A stretch of 63,856 nt of DNA, counting the filler, from an uncultured Methanosarcinales archaeon (GTDB lineage Archaea; Nanobdellota; Nanobdellia; Woesearchaeales; CAZKBD01), in NCBI GenBank assembly GCA_964550945.1. It is 4 parts of 4 records of this genome, joined end to end, with 100 filler letters (N's around TTAATTAATTAA, not from the genome) between each part and the next. Parts side by side here need not be neighbours in the genome. Positions count along the whole stretch, not along the records: positions 35,767 to 53,298 come from CAZKBD010000036.1; 3 more parts are not named here. The stretch is one strand, 5' to 3'. The position numbers were made by a program, and so were the translations under genes. Every line of letters begins with the position of its first letter. The stretch's first letter is position 1. Shown here in pieces: positions 38,000 to 49,800 of this stretch. Under the pieces are notes generated by a model, which ran no database searches, had not been told where the DNA came from, and saw only the letters and a list, made by a program, of their open reading frames with translations.

Positions 38000-38155
38000 G
38001 TCAAGAACCACCAGTCAAAGACTGGTGGCATGGGTTTTTATTAGTTTATGTTTGAGGTGGTTTCTTGACACTCAATATTCCGCCAATCATATGGTGGTTC
38101 TTGAGCACAACAAATTCCACCTCGACCACCAATCATCAAGATTGGTGGAATATTG
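37999..38155. repeat. Intergenic palindromic element related to 1603-1763
   Basis: tgtcaagaaccacc/ggtggtttcttgaca, ccaccagtc-aaa-gactggtgg and caatattccgccaatc/gattggtggaatattg pairings. Confidence 0.7.
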
Positions 38156-38160
38156 TTGTT

Positions 38161-39255
38161 TTAGTATATTAGGACGCATGATGAAAGCTCTGCAAGATTA
38201 TTTAGGTGCCCTAAAGAGACTATGGCGCTGCTCATGGCGCTTGTGTCAGCAGGAAATCCACTAGTTGCTTGTGTTTTTAGGACATCTAGCTGGGTTTGCG
38301 CTTCAGTGAGATGATAATTTCTACAATTAGCAGGGCCTGTATCTAATTGCTTTGATCTTTTTTTATACACTTCAGAAACATGCACTAGCCTTCTGAATGC
38401 TTTTTCCATGTTGCATTCATAGTCTTCCAAATCGTTAGAGAAAACCGCTCCTATTACTGATGATTTTCTTAAAGATGTTGAAGTTGCACCAGCTCCCCAG
38501 TTGCTGCCTGATTTTTGGTAAAAAGTAATTGTAACAGGGCCTTCAAGGTAAGTATCGGCTGGAGTGCCAGGATTAATCTTTAAAGCTGTAACGTCTTTGT
38601 TGTTCATCTTGTTGAAAGCAGGTGGAAGAGGAGTAATTGGATCTATACCAAAAAACACAAATCTTACTTCATAGTTGTTTAAGTCGGTTATATCATCATA
38701 ATTTTTGAACTTACTTGATGGGCCTACAGAAGTCTGCCTCAAATCCTTGTTTAATTCTTCTGGTAAAGTGTTATTTATCTTGCTCATCAATTTGTAAGAA
38801 TCAGATTGACAATTATCGCTAGCATCACTACCGCAGTCAAACACCAGTATATACCTGACATTTGGGCTAGTTAAATAAAGAAAATTAGTGACTCTGAAAG
38901 GAGTGGCCCATTCTAATGTGAATGTCAATAGCTCTCTGCCTTTTATCATTCTTGGCGCAAATACCACATCTGAGTCAATTGGCCTTATAAGAGGGCCTAT
39001 GGCAAATCTTTCGCAGCTGATCTCTATTTCAGCATCTGGCAGCTTTACTACATTTAAAGTTCCTGTGCTCACTCCAGCGCTGGTCAGTATTGTTTCGAGA
39101 TTAGACAAGACTGTTGTGCTTGTCTTTTCCTCTGCTGTGCCTCTAAGCTTCACAACAAGATAGCCAAAAAACAGCAGAATAACAGCGCCTGCTATCAAAA
39201 TGAATATCCAGTTGAACTGTACCTCTATAACCCCTTTTTTTTGTAATCTTGCCAT
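38161..39255 (-). CDS. Large pilin-like protein (class III signal peptide)
   Basis: MARLQKKG/VIEVQFNWIFILIAGAVILLFF. Confidence 0.75.
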   Translation of the reverse strand: MARLQKKGVIEVQFNWIFILIAGAVILLFFGYLVVKLRGTAEEKTSTTVLSNLETILTSAGVSTGTLNVVKLPDAEIEISCERFAIGPLIRPIDSDVVFAPRMIKGRELLTFTLEWATPFRVTNFLYLTSPNVRYILVFDCGSDASDNCQSDSYKLMSKINNTLPEELNKDLRQTSVGPSSKFKNYDDITDLNNYEVRFVFFGIDPITPLPPAFNKMNNKDVTALKINPGTPADTYLEGPVTITFYQKSGSNWGAGATSTSLRKSSVIGAVFSNDLEDYECNMEKAFRRLVHVSEVYKKRSKQLDTGPANCRNYHLTEAQTQLDVLKTQATSGFPADTSAMSSAIVSLGHLNNLAELSSCVLIY

Positions 39256-39637
39256 ATGCAGTTAACCTAAAATCGATTCTATGTTAACTACACTTAACAT
39301 AAAATCACTAAAGTTTTTATTTCTTGTTATGAGCTATAACTCCATAACAGATGTATTGCCTAGGATAACAGTTAGTAATAATTAATTATTTTTTATTTTA
39401 TCGTTATTTATTCAAAAAATTGTCTTTAAAATCATAAATTCAGTTTGAATTTTCACCTCTGATTTTCATTGTAGTGGTTAATAATCAACCATTGATTTTA
39501 AAATTACTGGTGCGTGCCTTATTTTAAATTATTTATTCACGATTTGACAACATGCTATTAATGATAATAATTTTTTTATTAATTATTATTAACTAAAAAT
39601 CACGATTGCACACACATAGTGAGTAATAAATAAACAA

Positions 39638-40192
39638 TTAACCCACAGGAGCTTCAGATACTATTACTCTGTTTCCTTTGCCTTCTAACTTCAATCTTAG
39701 TTTTCCATTGCTGATGTCAAAGCAGCGGTAAAAACATTTTTCACCACTACATGTGCTTGTATCTTCTTCTATGTCCGAATCCCCTCCATCAACAGTAATT
39801 GTCCACACCTTTATTGGAGTTGGAGCCATTGGCTTTAAAAAAACATTCTGCTTTCTGTCTTGCCAGCCGTCACAGATAACAGGATCGTAATCATCTTTTC
39901 CTGAGGTACATAAATCTTTGCCTGAAGCAGCAGTAACAGCAGCATCACTCAAATCAACAAAGCAGATCTTTTCATAGCCGGAAAGCGTGAAATCTTTTAT
40001 TGAGATATCGCCATAGCCTGAGCTCTGCCTTACTGCATTTTCTAAGCTGTTTACAAACTTGAGGTATGTAACATCCTCTGCTTTTTTAGCAAAATCTCTT
40101 ATCGCATTATAGCCATAAAGAAGAATCAAGGAGAATACTATTATTGCGATGATGTATATGAAGATTTGGCCTTGTATCTGGGCTTTAGCAAT
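39638..40192 (-). CDS. Pilin-like protein, probable non-canonical ATT start
   Basis: The frame extends upstream of the track's TTG as (I)AKA/QIQGQIFIYIIAIIVFSLILLYGY. AGGTGA SD lies 6 nt before ATT 40192. Confidence 0.7.
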   Translation of the reverse strand: MAKAQIQGQIFIYIIAIIVFSLILLYGYNAIRDFAKKAEDVTYLKFVNSLENAVRQSSGYGDISIKDFTLSGYEKICFVDLSDAAVTAASGKDLCTSGKDDYDPVICDGWQDRKQNVFLKPMAPTPIKVWTITVDGGDSDIEEDTSTCSGEKCFYRCFDISNGKLRLKLEGKGNRVIVSEAPVG

Positions 40193-40198
40193 CTCTCA

Positions 40199-43100
40199 TC
40201 ACCTTTTCTTAAGGCTGGTGAAGCAAACACTGCACTGCTTATAGCCTTTTTTCAAAGCCTCTGTCTCGTTCTTGAATGTGACTGTTTTGCTTTTAGGCAG
40301 TTTTCTAGCGACAATACAATTGGGCAGATGATATTTAGTTCCTAATTTGCTTCCAATGACAAGGCTTACTTCCTTTTTTGGCTGATTTGATTTTAAAGCA
40401 GACAAAGAAGCTATCTCTTTTCTTAAGCTGCTGATATGGCCTTTTAGCTCTTCATCCTGTGTTTTGAGATTAGACAATCCTTTTTTGATCTCCTCATGCC
40501 TAGTGGTGTCTGATTTTGCAATAGCAGATAATTGATTAAGCGCCTGTTTCGCTTCTTTTCTTGTTTCTGGAGTTGGTTTTTTTGCGCTTAAGCCAGCTAA
40601 TCTGGAGAATACATCTGTTGGTTTAGGAGCTGTTTGCGGCCTTATTTCTGGCTTTGGCCCAATCTTAACAGCTGGTTTTTGGCCTGGCTGCTGCTGCTGT
40701 TGGCCAAATGCCCCAAACATCTGCCTTCTTTCCATAGTTTTTGCCTGCCTTCTCTTTTCAAGCACTTCTTCCAGCCTTTTTCTTTCCTCTGGATTTAATT
40801 CTCTTCTAAATGTTGTCTGCTGCCCTAGTGGCTGCCTGGGCTGCATTGGAGGCATTCTTGCAATAGGCGCTGGCTTTTCTTCTTTTTTGTTTTGGTAAAC
40901 CTTCCATCCATAAAAGCCCCCTCCGATTATAAGGCCTATCAGGAAGATTATAAGAACTATCAGCAGGAAGTTTGATTTTGGATGGTCTGCTGCATTTGTA
41001 GGATCTGTGCCTTTGTCAATCTCTATTTTATCTGAATAGCTATCACCATCTGTGTCTTTCAAAGTAGGATCAGTATTTGAATTAAATTCGTCTATATCAG
41101 TTAAGCCGTCGCCATCTGAATCTTCATCTGGGTTGCAGTTGCCGTCGCAGTATCTCTCCTCCCATCCCTGAGGCATCCCATCATTATCGCAGTCTTCCTG
41201 GTCATCCTGGACGCCGTCATTGTCATCATCTTGATCGGTTGCGTCTGCCAAGCCGTCATTATCGTCGTCAACATCCTGAGTGTTGATTGAATTATCGCCG
41301 TCAATGTCATTATCCAAGCAATTTTTAATGCCATCATTATCTAGATCATCATCGCAGTCCTTGTCATTTGGGTCTAAGACGCCATCACCATCATCATCTG
41401 AATCAGTTATGTCTGGAACGCCATCATGGTCATCATCATTGTCTTCCCAGTTCTTTTTGCCATCTCCATCAATGTCATCATCTTCGCAGTTGTCTGTTCC
41501 ATCGCAGTCAAGATCGTTCTGGCTGCATGTCTTGCATTCATCGTCAATGCATTTGGTGCCTGAAACGCAATCATCGTTTGATCTGCAGCTCTGATCAGGG
41601 CCGCAAGGCTCGCATATGTCTCCCCCACAATCTACATCTGTCTCGCCGCTGCCGCTGTCTTTCACTCCATTAGCGCATTCATCAGGAAGCGCTATGCACT
41701 TATCTGATGCACTGCAATGACCGCTTTTGCAGTCGCTGTCTTGTTCACAATCCTCATCTATCTCGCATTCGCCACAATTTCTTCCTCCACAATCTACATC
41801 TGTTTCGTTCTGATTTTGTATTTCATCAGTACAAGTTGGAGCTTTGCATTTTCCATTCTCGCAATTAATGCTCTGGCAGTCATCATCCACAGTGCAATTC
41901 TTATTTGTGCCGCATGCATTGCATGTGTCTCCTCCGCAATCTATGTCTGTCTCTTCCCCATTTAATATGCCATCATTGCATGTCTGGGGAGCAAGGGAGG
42001 TATCAACTAAAATACCGTTGCTTTCTGCTTCAGAGCTGTTTCTGCCTACTTCATTTCTAGCGTAAGCATAGAATTTATATTGAGACTCGTTGAGATCTAG
42101 GTCTTCAATCCAGCCTTCCCACTCATAGATGTGGTTGCTTTGTTCGTTTATGCCTGTGATTATTCCATCTGCTATCCCAGAGCCATCATAATCATCAACA
42201 AGGCGGTAAACAAATTGAGTAACTTCAGTCTCATTATCCTGGGCTTTTAGCCTTAGGTATAATTTGTCTGTTCTCCATGTCTTGTCAGGATCATTTATGC
42301 TAGCGGGATAATCTTTGCAGGTGTCGTTTACTGAAAGCATCACGGGATTTGATGTGTCTATGCTGATAGTATATGTCTCCTTATCGCTGTCTGATTCATC
42401 GAAAGATTCATCGAAATTATCAGGGAAACAATAGATGTAATAAGTATAAGAGCCTGGGCTTAAGCCTGAAAGAGTTTTTGTTGTGGGGGTAAACGCATTC
42501 AAAGACGCATCACCACTCCTGTAAGAAATCCTATGGTTGAGATCAGAGTCAAGGTCAGAGTAATTGCTGTAGAAACATATCGCTCTTTTATTTACAGAAA
42601 TATTAAGGTATATATTTGATGTTGAGCTGAACACATAGGGCCCACGAGTAGTAATCTGAAGAGCTGCATTAAAGTTTGTGATATAAGTTATATCAACCCT
42701 GTGGTCAATATCCCCTCCAATGTAATTTCCAGCCCTGTCTTCGCACTGAACATAGTAATGGTAGGTTCCAGAATCAGTTGGTGTTGGAACAGTCTGATTA
42801 TGGTAATTTGCAAAGCTTGCATTGTCATATCCAGGAAATTTGCTCATGCTTGAATAAGCCACATCAGAATAATCAGAATACCTGCATATAGTGCTCTCGC
42901 TTGTATTCACAAATATTGTTGTTTGCGCATCTTGGGTCACTTCACTAGGATTTGCGCCATAGCTTACTACAGCAGGGTTGCCTGCATCCCAAGTTATGCT
43001 AAAGTCTTTATAAGCTAATTTTCCATAGCTGTCATTGCATGACACATATATTACGCTAGGAGTTGAAATAAGGGTCATATTTGCTTTCTTTTGAGTTGTG

Positions 43101-43780
43101 GTTAAGCTTGCAAAGCTTCTGGTCATACTGCCATATAAATCATTAGCAAAAGAATGCCTGCAATTAGCATCCCTGTCAAGCCCTATGGTCATGTTAAAGG
43201 GATTTATGTTGGTTGCGCCATAAGGGGGCTCAATCAAGGTTATATTTACAGGCAGCAGCACAATCTTAAATGTTTTTTCAATAGGTGTTGGCGATGGATT
43301 GCCCTCTGTATCGTTTGCTTCTGCTGTTACTTTGTACTCTGCTCCGTCTATCAAAGGAGTTGCTGGCTTGTAGACGAATGTACTTCCGCCTATAAGCGTC
43401 CTGTTGTATGTTAAATTACCAGTGCATGTCGTATACGAACAAGAGCCTAATTGAGAGTTGTCGGTCAGATTATAGAGCTTTACACGAATTGTTGATAGCG
43501 TTACATCCTGATCAAAAATAACCCTGATTTCTGGGAGAGGATTATTTATCTCTTCTATTCCGCCAGCGCCTTGGCCAAGAGCTATCTTTTCTTCTTTTAC
43601 TTTCAATTCTCCTAATGGAGTGATTTTTGCAAAAATGCCATTGGCTTGCTGGGCATTGCTGATATCACCAGAAACAATTATTTCTTCAGAGCTGGCAGAA
43701 ACAGGCCAAGCTAGTAAACTAATTAGGCTAATCAATAAAAATAATAAATTCAATTTTTTTATTTTATTTTTATGTGGCAT
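40199..43780 (-). CDS. Large surface protein with Ig-like domains, Cys-rich repeats, DxDxDG Ca-binding repeats, a TM and a C-terminal Ada-like Zn domain
   Basis: Signal peptide; three C.(D/N)...ETD.DCGG..C..C repeats; TSP3-like Asp repeats; TM FLLIVLIIFLIGLIIGGGFYGW; GSK..TKYH.P.C...F....EA...GY..C..C. Confidence 0.85.
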   Translation of the reverse strand: MPHKNKIKKLNLLFLLISLISLLAWPVSASSEEIIVSGDISNAQQANGIFAKITPLGELKVKEEKIALGQGAGGIEEINNPLPEIRVIFDQDVTLSTIRVKLYNLTDNSQLGSCSYTTCTGNLTYNRTLIGGSTFVYKPATPLIDGAEYKVTAEANDTEGNPSPTPIEKTFKIVLLPVNITLIEPPYGATNINPFNMTIGLDRDANCRHSFANDLYGSMTRSFASLTTTQKKANMTLISTPSVIYVSCNDSYGKLAYKDFSITWDAGNPAVVSYGANPSEVTQDAQTTIFVNTSESTICRYSDYSDVAYSSMSKFPGYDNASFANYHNQTVPTPTDSGTYHYYVQCEDRAGNYIGGDIDHRVDITYITNFNAALQITTRGPYVFSSTSNIYLNISVNKRAICFYSNYSDLDSDLNHRISYRSGDASLNAFTPTTKTLSGLSPGSYTYYIYCFPDNFDESFDESDSDKETYTISIDTSNPVMLSVNDTCKDYPASINDPDKTWRTDKLYLRLKAQDNETEVTQFVYRLVDDYDGSGIADGIITGINEQSNHIYEWEGWIEDLDLNESQYKFYAYARNEVGRNSSEAESNGILVDTSLAPQTCNDGILNGEETDIDCGGDTCNACGTNKNCTVDDDCQSINCENGKCKAPTCTDEIQNQNETDVDCGGRNCGECEIDEDCEQDSDCKSGHCSASDKCIALPDECANGVKDSGSGETDVDCGGDICEPCGPDQSCRSNDDCVSGTKCIDDECKTCSQNDLDCDGTDNCEDDDIDGDGKKNWEDNDDDHDGVPDITDSDDDGDGVLDPNDKDCDDDLDNDGIKNCLDNDIDGDNSINTQDVDDDNDGLADATDQDDDNDGVQDDQEDCDNDGMPQGWEERYCDGNCNPDEDSDGDGLTDIDEFNSNTDPTLKDTDGDSYSDKIEIDKGTDPTNAADHPKSNFLLIVLIIFLIGLIIGGGFYGWKVYQNKKEEKPAPIARMPPMQPRQPLGQQTTFRRELNPEERKRLEEVLEKRRQAKTMERRQMFGAFGQQQQQPGQKPAVKIGPKPEIRPQTAPKPTDVFSRLAGLSAKKPTPETRKEAKQALNQLSAIAKSDTTRHEEIKKGLSNLKTQDEELKGHISSLRKEIASLSALKSNQPKKEVSLVIGSKLGTKYHLPNCIVARKLPKSKTVTFKNETEALKKGYKQCSVCFTSLKKR

Positions 43781-43801
43781 ATCACTCTCTTTTTTTAAGC
43801 G

Positions 43802-46800
43802 CTATGATGGGCATGTTCCTTCCCTGTTGATTATAATGCATCCGCCTGGGCCTAAAAGGTCAATAGTGAAGTATCTTTCAACAGATTCGCCGTAATTCCC
43901 GCTGCTGGTATTAACTTTAATGTAGAATATATACTCCCCATGCCCTAATTCTAAACCACTATTAGTTGCTCCAGTATCAAAATAATTGCCATCAATATTT
44001 GGCATCAAAATATATTCATAAGGAATAGTTGGCATTACCAATACTGCTGAAGTAATGTCTTCATTTGGATTGATGTTAATCTCGCCGATAAATCTTGCAG
44101 TGGCGGTTGTGATTATATCCCCATTATCTGGGCTCGTAACAATTATCTCAGGAACCTGGTTGCTTATCTCAAATGTTGCAGTCTCTCTCTCGCCTTCATT
44201 ACCAGCAACATCATAAGGCACAGCAGTAATCACATAGAATCCATCTGCTAGGGTTAGGATTGAGGTGTCATAATAAATTGTATTGCCATTGATTTGTTTT
44301 GTGCCAATATCTATATTTTGGCCAGCTGCATTTTCCAATTTTATGTAAGACCTGCTTAGGTTAACAGCTGCTTCAGTAGTCTGTTCTATTACAGCAGCAA
44401 GCTCATCTACTCTCCTGAATGGCCCTTCATTAGTTGGAGTTAATATTGTGATTCTTGGCCCGATATTAGTATAATAACCGCTTACAGAGTTTGAATTTTG
44501 ATTGCCTGCCTTGTCTTCTATCAAAACCTCAATTAGGTTATATCCATCACTTAAAGTAGCGTTTCCTGTAAAGTTGCCTTGAGCAGTTACATTTCTCCAT
44601 ACTCCTTGCTCCTGGCTGTTTACTGATATCCTAAATTGAGCACCTATCTCAGCGTTTCCTCTTACAGCACTAACTGAATTGTTTGTAGCAAATTCATTGA
44701 TTGGAGCAGTTATTGTTGGAGCATTTAACACAAAGTCTGTTGTGAAACTAATCACTTTAGACGCTGAGTCAATTCCAGGAGTAGGTGATGCGCAAGCGAT
44801 AGTAAGCTGATACATCCTATTATCTCCTGCAGCGATATATCTAGGTATGACCTCACTTAAAGCAATAGTATGGTCTCTGTTAGCATCAGTCATATCTTTA
44901 GTGGCAGTGCCATTATTTATTGTGCAGCTTGATTCCATATTTGTCCTTGCATACACCTCATAAAGCCCATTGTTGGTATAACTTCCATTTAGAGGTATTG
45001 TTTCTAGTATCTGAACTCCAGCAGACCTGTCAACAGTTACATTGATAACAAAAGGATCTGATTCGAGGCCTGCTTTGTCAATACATATTATAGAATGTAT
45101 ATAATTCCTTATATCGTCCTCTGGTGAGGTGAATTCTGTTTGATGTATATGGCTATCAGTATAGTTAGAATCAATCCACTCGCTGTCTAGCTTGCATCTC
45201 AATTCATTATCAAAATTATCATTTGCGTATACTGTTAAACTCTCATTTCTTGGGGCAAACATTAAATATTCTTTATAATTGGTTGCAGTAGCTACTATAT
45301 CATTATCATTATAATATTTCACATCGCTTATAGTTGGCTTCTGGGTGTCAACATATACGCTCAATGTTATTGTATTGATAATACCTAAGTCCTCATCTGC
45401 GCATCTTATATCCATGTTATTGTACTGGTTGGCGTTGAATGCATTTGATGGCTCAATCTGTATATGGAATGATGTAGTTGAGTCATTTACCAATAGCGCA
45501 TGCAACAAACTATTAGTGGTTATATCGCACATACTTGAGGGCATATCTGTTGTGAACTCCAGCATAGGTGCTATTGTGCTTACCAACTCATCAACTAAAG
45601 TTGCACTTGGTCCTATATTAGTATGCTGAACAGTAAACTCTTTATAGCCAGATAGGCCATTCTGTGGATTAGTTGCAACTATCCTAATTGAATTATTTGG
45701 GTTCTGGTTAATGCCTATTGCTGAGAAAGTGAATGAGCCAGTGTCTCCTGTAGTTGTTATTGTATACGTGCTTACAAGAGAATTATCTATTAATAATTGT
45801 ACTTCTGTTCCCTGAACTGTAAGCCCCTGGCTGGCGTTTATTGTTACAAACCCGGCAATGTTTATGCTGTTTGCACTTGTTCTGTATAGATAATCAGATT
45901 TTTTCAGTATCCTACCGGCAGAAGCATTTGTTACGCTTTGGATTGTGATTTCAGGCTCATTTGTATCTCTTATTACATTTATAGTAGTTTGGTTTAAATT
46001 GCCTGCCTTGTCATAAGCTTTTACTGTGACAGGATATATTCCATCAGAAGTCAAGTTTAGCCTGTATGTGATTGGAGTGGTGTCATATTCGTCAAATGTT
46101 TCAGTATAACCTGCTCCTGACAATTCTATTCTATCAATGTAGGTATCTTGGTAATCGATAGTGATAGTCGTGAAGTTGGTTAATGATACTACTGAAGGGT
46201 TGGCTGTTACTAAAAGCTGCGGCTTTACTGTATCAACAACAAAATTGAAGAAATACCTGCCAAATACCACATAATTCATTTTAGCTGCATTCACTTCTAA
46301 TTCGTATTCATTTTCTTGGCCTGTTGCTGTTGTTGCGTCGATATAATATGTTCTATTATTCACATTTGTCAATGTAGAGGAAATGCCGGGGATTGTGTAG
46401 GTTAAATCGTGAACATCTTCGCTAAAGTCAAGCTGCAATCTTGGCGTTGTTGTGTTCACATACCATCTACTTCCAGAAGGGATTCCGTCCTGGACACTAA
46501 AGATTGGAGTAGTTGGCACATTCAAATCTATTGTAAATGACCAGCTGTTCTGCGCATAATTATTTGCTTTATCGTAAATCTTAGCGAATAGATTAACAAT
46601 TGTCGTGTTTGTTGCTGTTGCGTTAATAAAGTCGTCTACTGGCATATAGCTGATGTTATGCTCTGTCTTGTCCCATACACCATTAAATTCATTTAAAGAA
46701 ATTCCTCCAATACTGTCTTTCCAGAGTTCAACATTTTCAACTCCACTTTCATAATCCCTAAATGATGCAAATACTAAAGGCTTCCTGTCATTAATAATTG

Positions 46801-49800
46801 AGCCGCTCCTCGGCGATAATGTTGAATCATCATCGAACATTGGATTGATTGTATCGATTATAAGCCCTGTGTCTGTTATCAGATTGCTGCCTGGGTTTCC
46901 TGCTAAATCTTCGCCAGATATGTTGATGTTTATGGGACCTTCCAAAACGCCACCAGCTACTGTATAAGTATGTATATCCCATGAGAAATACCTTGTTAAG
47001 TAAGTTGCTTGCACAGATGCTCCAGATGAGTCTATTAATCTAACTGTTGCGTTTTGTTTAAGCTGTTCTGAAGCGTTGATTGTTAAATTTATCTTTTCAC
47101 CAGCCCTAGCAGCACCATTACCGTATTGTAAGGATATTGTTTCTACGTTAAACTCAGGTGCAATAGTATCAACCCTCAAAATAGATGGGTGCTCATCTGT
47201 GCTTCCTAAGTTACCAGCCAGGTCATAGGCATGAACAGTAACTGTTATGTTCTCATCAATAGGATCAGTTATGTTTATTCTTAAATTGCCGCTCCATGTT
47301 GTGTTATCGGCATTATGCGTTAGTGCGCTTAAATTGAAATATTGAGGATCATTATACCTGCTAAATTGTAAGGTTGGGCTTTCATTCAATGGTTCAGTTG
47401 ATGTTATATTTATTGCATTTATTCCGTTATTTGTTGGGTTTCTTGCATAAGAGATTGTTAGATTAGGGGCTATTGTGTCAACTGTAAATGTTGTTGAATT
47501 AGAAGCTGTTCCACTTATTGGAGATGAGCATGTTATGGTGAAAGTGTAACTGTTGTCATCTAAATTTGTAATAATTCTTTCACAATCTTCACTGCCTTGT
47601 TGGGGATCAATTTCATGGCAGGTTAAAGTGCCTGTATAATGATATGTATTGTCTTCATAGCTGCAAGAACCTCCGACAGAAGTTACAGCCCGGGTAGTTG
47701 TTGCTTTTAGTATCACTTCAGATTGAGATATTAAAGATCCGTTTAATGGTTCATTAATATTAACTTTTAATGGTAATGCTGCATTAACAGTAAAGCTTAT
47801 GCTATTGTTTTCACCGTTGTTGCCTGCTCTGTCCCAGCACTTAACTTTAGCATTGTAATCGCCATTGTTTTCTCCAATTTGGGTTAAAGTGATAGTATGT
47901 TCACTATTGTAATTACTATCGCTGTCCACTAAATTATAATTGCTGATACCATAACTAACATTACATATTGTTAACTCTGGGCTAGAATCTGGATTTAAAG
48001 TGGTAATTTGGACTATTGGCTCAATTGGATATGTAACATAAATCTCATAGTCAATTGTTGCATACACAACAGGTGGTTGGCCATCATACACAAAGCTGGA
48101 TTGTAAGGTAGTTCCGTAATTGCCAAATGTATCGCGGCATTTGATATTAAAGTTAACTGTTGGTTGGGTTATGGCGGGATATTGGTATGAATGGATAGTG
48201 TTATTTGGTGAATCATCTTTTGTCATGTTGTTCCACAAATTATTGCCCCATCTATCAATCTCGCAATCTGCTTTCTCAGTTGTTTTTACTATCAATTTAG
48301 GTGCAGTTGTGTTTACATAACCATAAGCAGGATACACTAAGGTTATTTCAGGTCCGGTTCTATCATTCTCAACAGTGACATTCGCTTGCCCAATGTTAGC
48401 TGCTCCATCAATAGCTGTTAATAAAATGTTTTTATTTTCTCCAGCACTTATTGAAACATTAAAAGCGAACTGATTGCCGTTAACCTGAATAGGTACGCCA
48501 TCATAGGTAAAACTAATGATATCAGTTAAGGACTCTGTAACTGTTCCTGTAACAGTAACTAAGAGGTCATTAGTTTTATACGCTACTGCCCCATAATCAT
48601 AGAATATGGTTGCGCTTGAATTTGTTTTTTGAACTCCATTTGGAGGGGGTATTGTTACTACAGGAGGCGTTAATTCATAAATTATTGATTTTGTTGAAGG
48701 TATGCAGTTACTTGCCAAATCACAGGAGTATGCATTAATTATGTTTGTGTTGTCTTCAATTGTTAAATTAGTATTGATAGTATAACCATACTCTGTTGAT
48801 TCTACAGGGATTAGGCTATTGTCAGTAATGTCTTTGTAAGTGTCGCTGTTTAGCAATATATCGCCAGTAACATTAATTGAATAAATCCCTTTATTATCCT
48901 GATAATCAACTGTAAGGGCTATTTCCTTATCTCGTGTTGCGTCTGCAGCTGAGATTGTTACAACTGGAGCTGTTGTATCAATCACTATTGTCTTTTGGAA
49001 AATCCTGCCTACACCATAGCTGCCATCTTCTAATATTCTGCTTGCATTAAGGGCTAATTGGTATTCTCCCTGAGGTAGAGGGATTCTTGGCTTGTATTGG
49101 AACTCTGTTGGTCCTTCAATTGGTGGAGATAATGAATCTAGACCAACATCCTGGCCTGTTTGATTGATTAGTTGGGCTGAATAGATAGATGTGTTGGAAG
49201 ACCAATTAGCTCCAACTCTTAAACTGGCTGGAGTGCTCTCTTTGGTGTATATTTTAGTACTGTAAAGCGTTCCTCCTGTCACAATAAACCCATCTAAGCT
49301 TGCTGCATTTGGGTCTATTGTAAAGTTCCATGGGCGATTTGTTATGGTATTATTTGCGTTGTCTTTTGCACTCATTATTACATCATAATCGTCAGCTGCA
49401 AATTCATTTGTGTCATTGCATATGTAATATTCTGCAATTTTAAACTCAACATCCACTATGTTGTTGCTGATAGTGCAGACCAGCTTATTGGTGCAGGAAA
49501 GATCAGTTATATTGCAAGGCCCGTAAATATTCATACTAATTGAAGATTGATTAACACCAGAAGCATTTACTCCTCTTTCATCAGTCACTTGAGCACTAAC
49601 AATTGTCTTGTTATTTGTCTGCACATTCTCTGGAGCCCAGTTAGTGATTATAACAGACTCATTATCAAATATGGGAGTTGGATAATTAGGCGCATTATAA
49701 TACTCACCCCACATGTCTGGCTCTGTCTTTGCCCTGATTGTGATGTTGTTGAGGCCCCTCATTAAGTTAACTCCAGTAACCTCAAAGTTACCTGCCGCGT

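Noticed and set aside
37998..38264. 88-aa plus-strand ORF
   Set aside because: Runs through the palindromic repeat and antisense to a pilin-like gene.
41040..41970. gtcatcatc-type nucleotide repeats and overlapping small ORFs
   Set aside because: Explained by Asp-rich and Cys-rich protein repeats of the 1193-aa gene.
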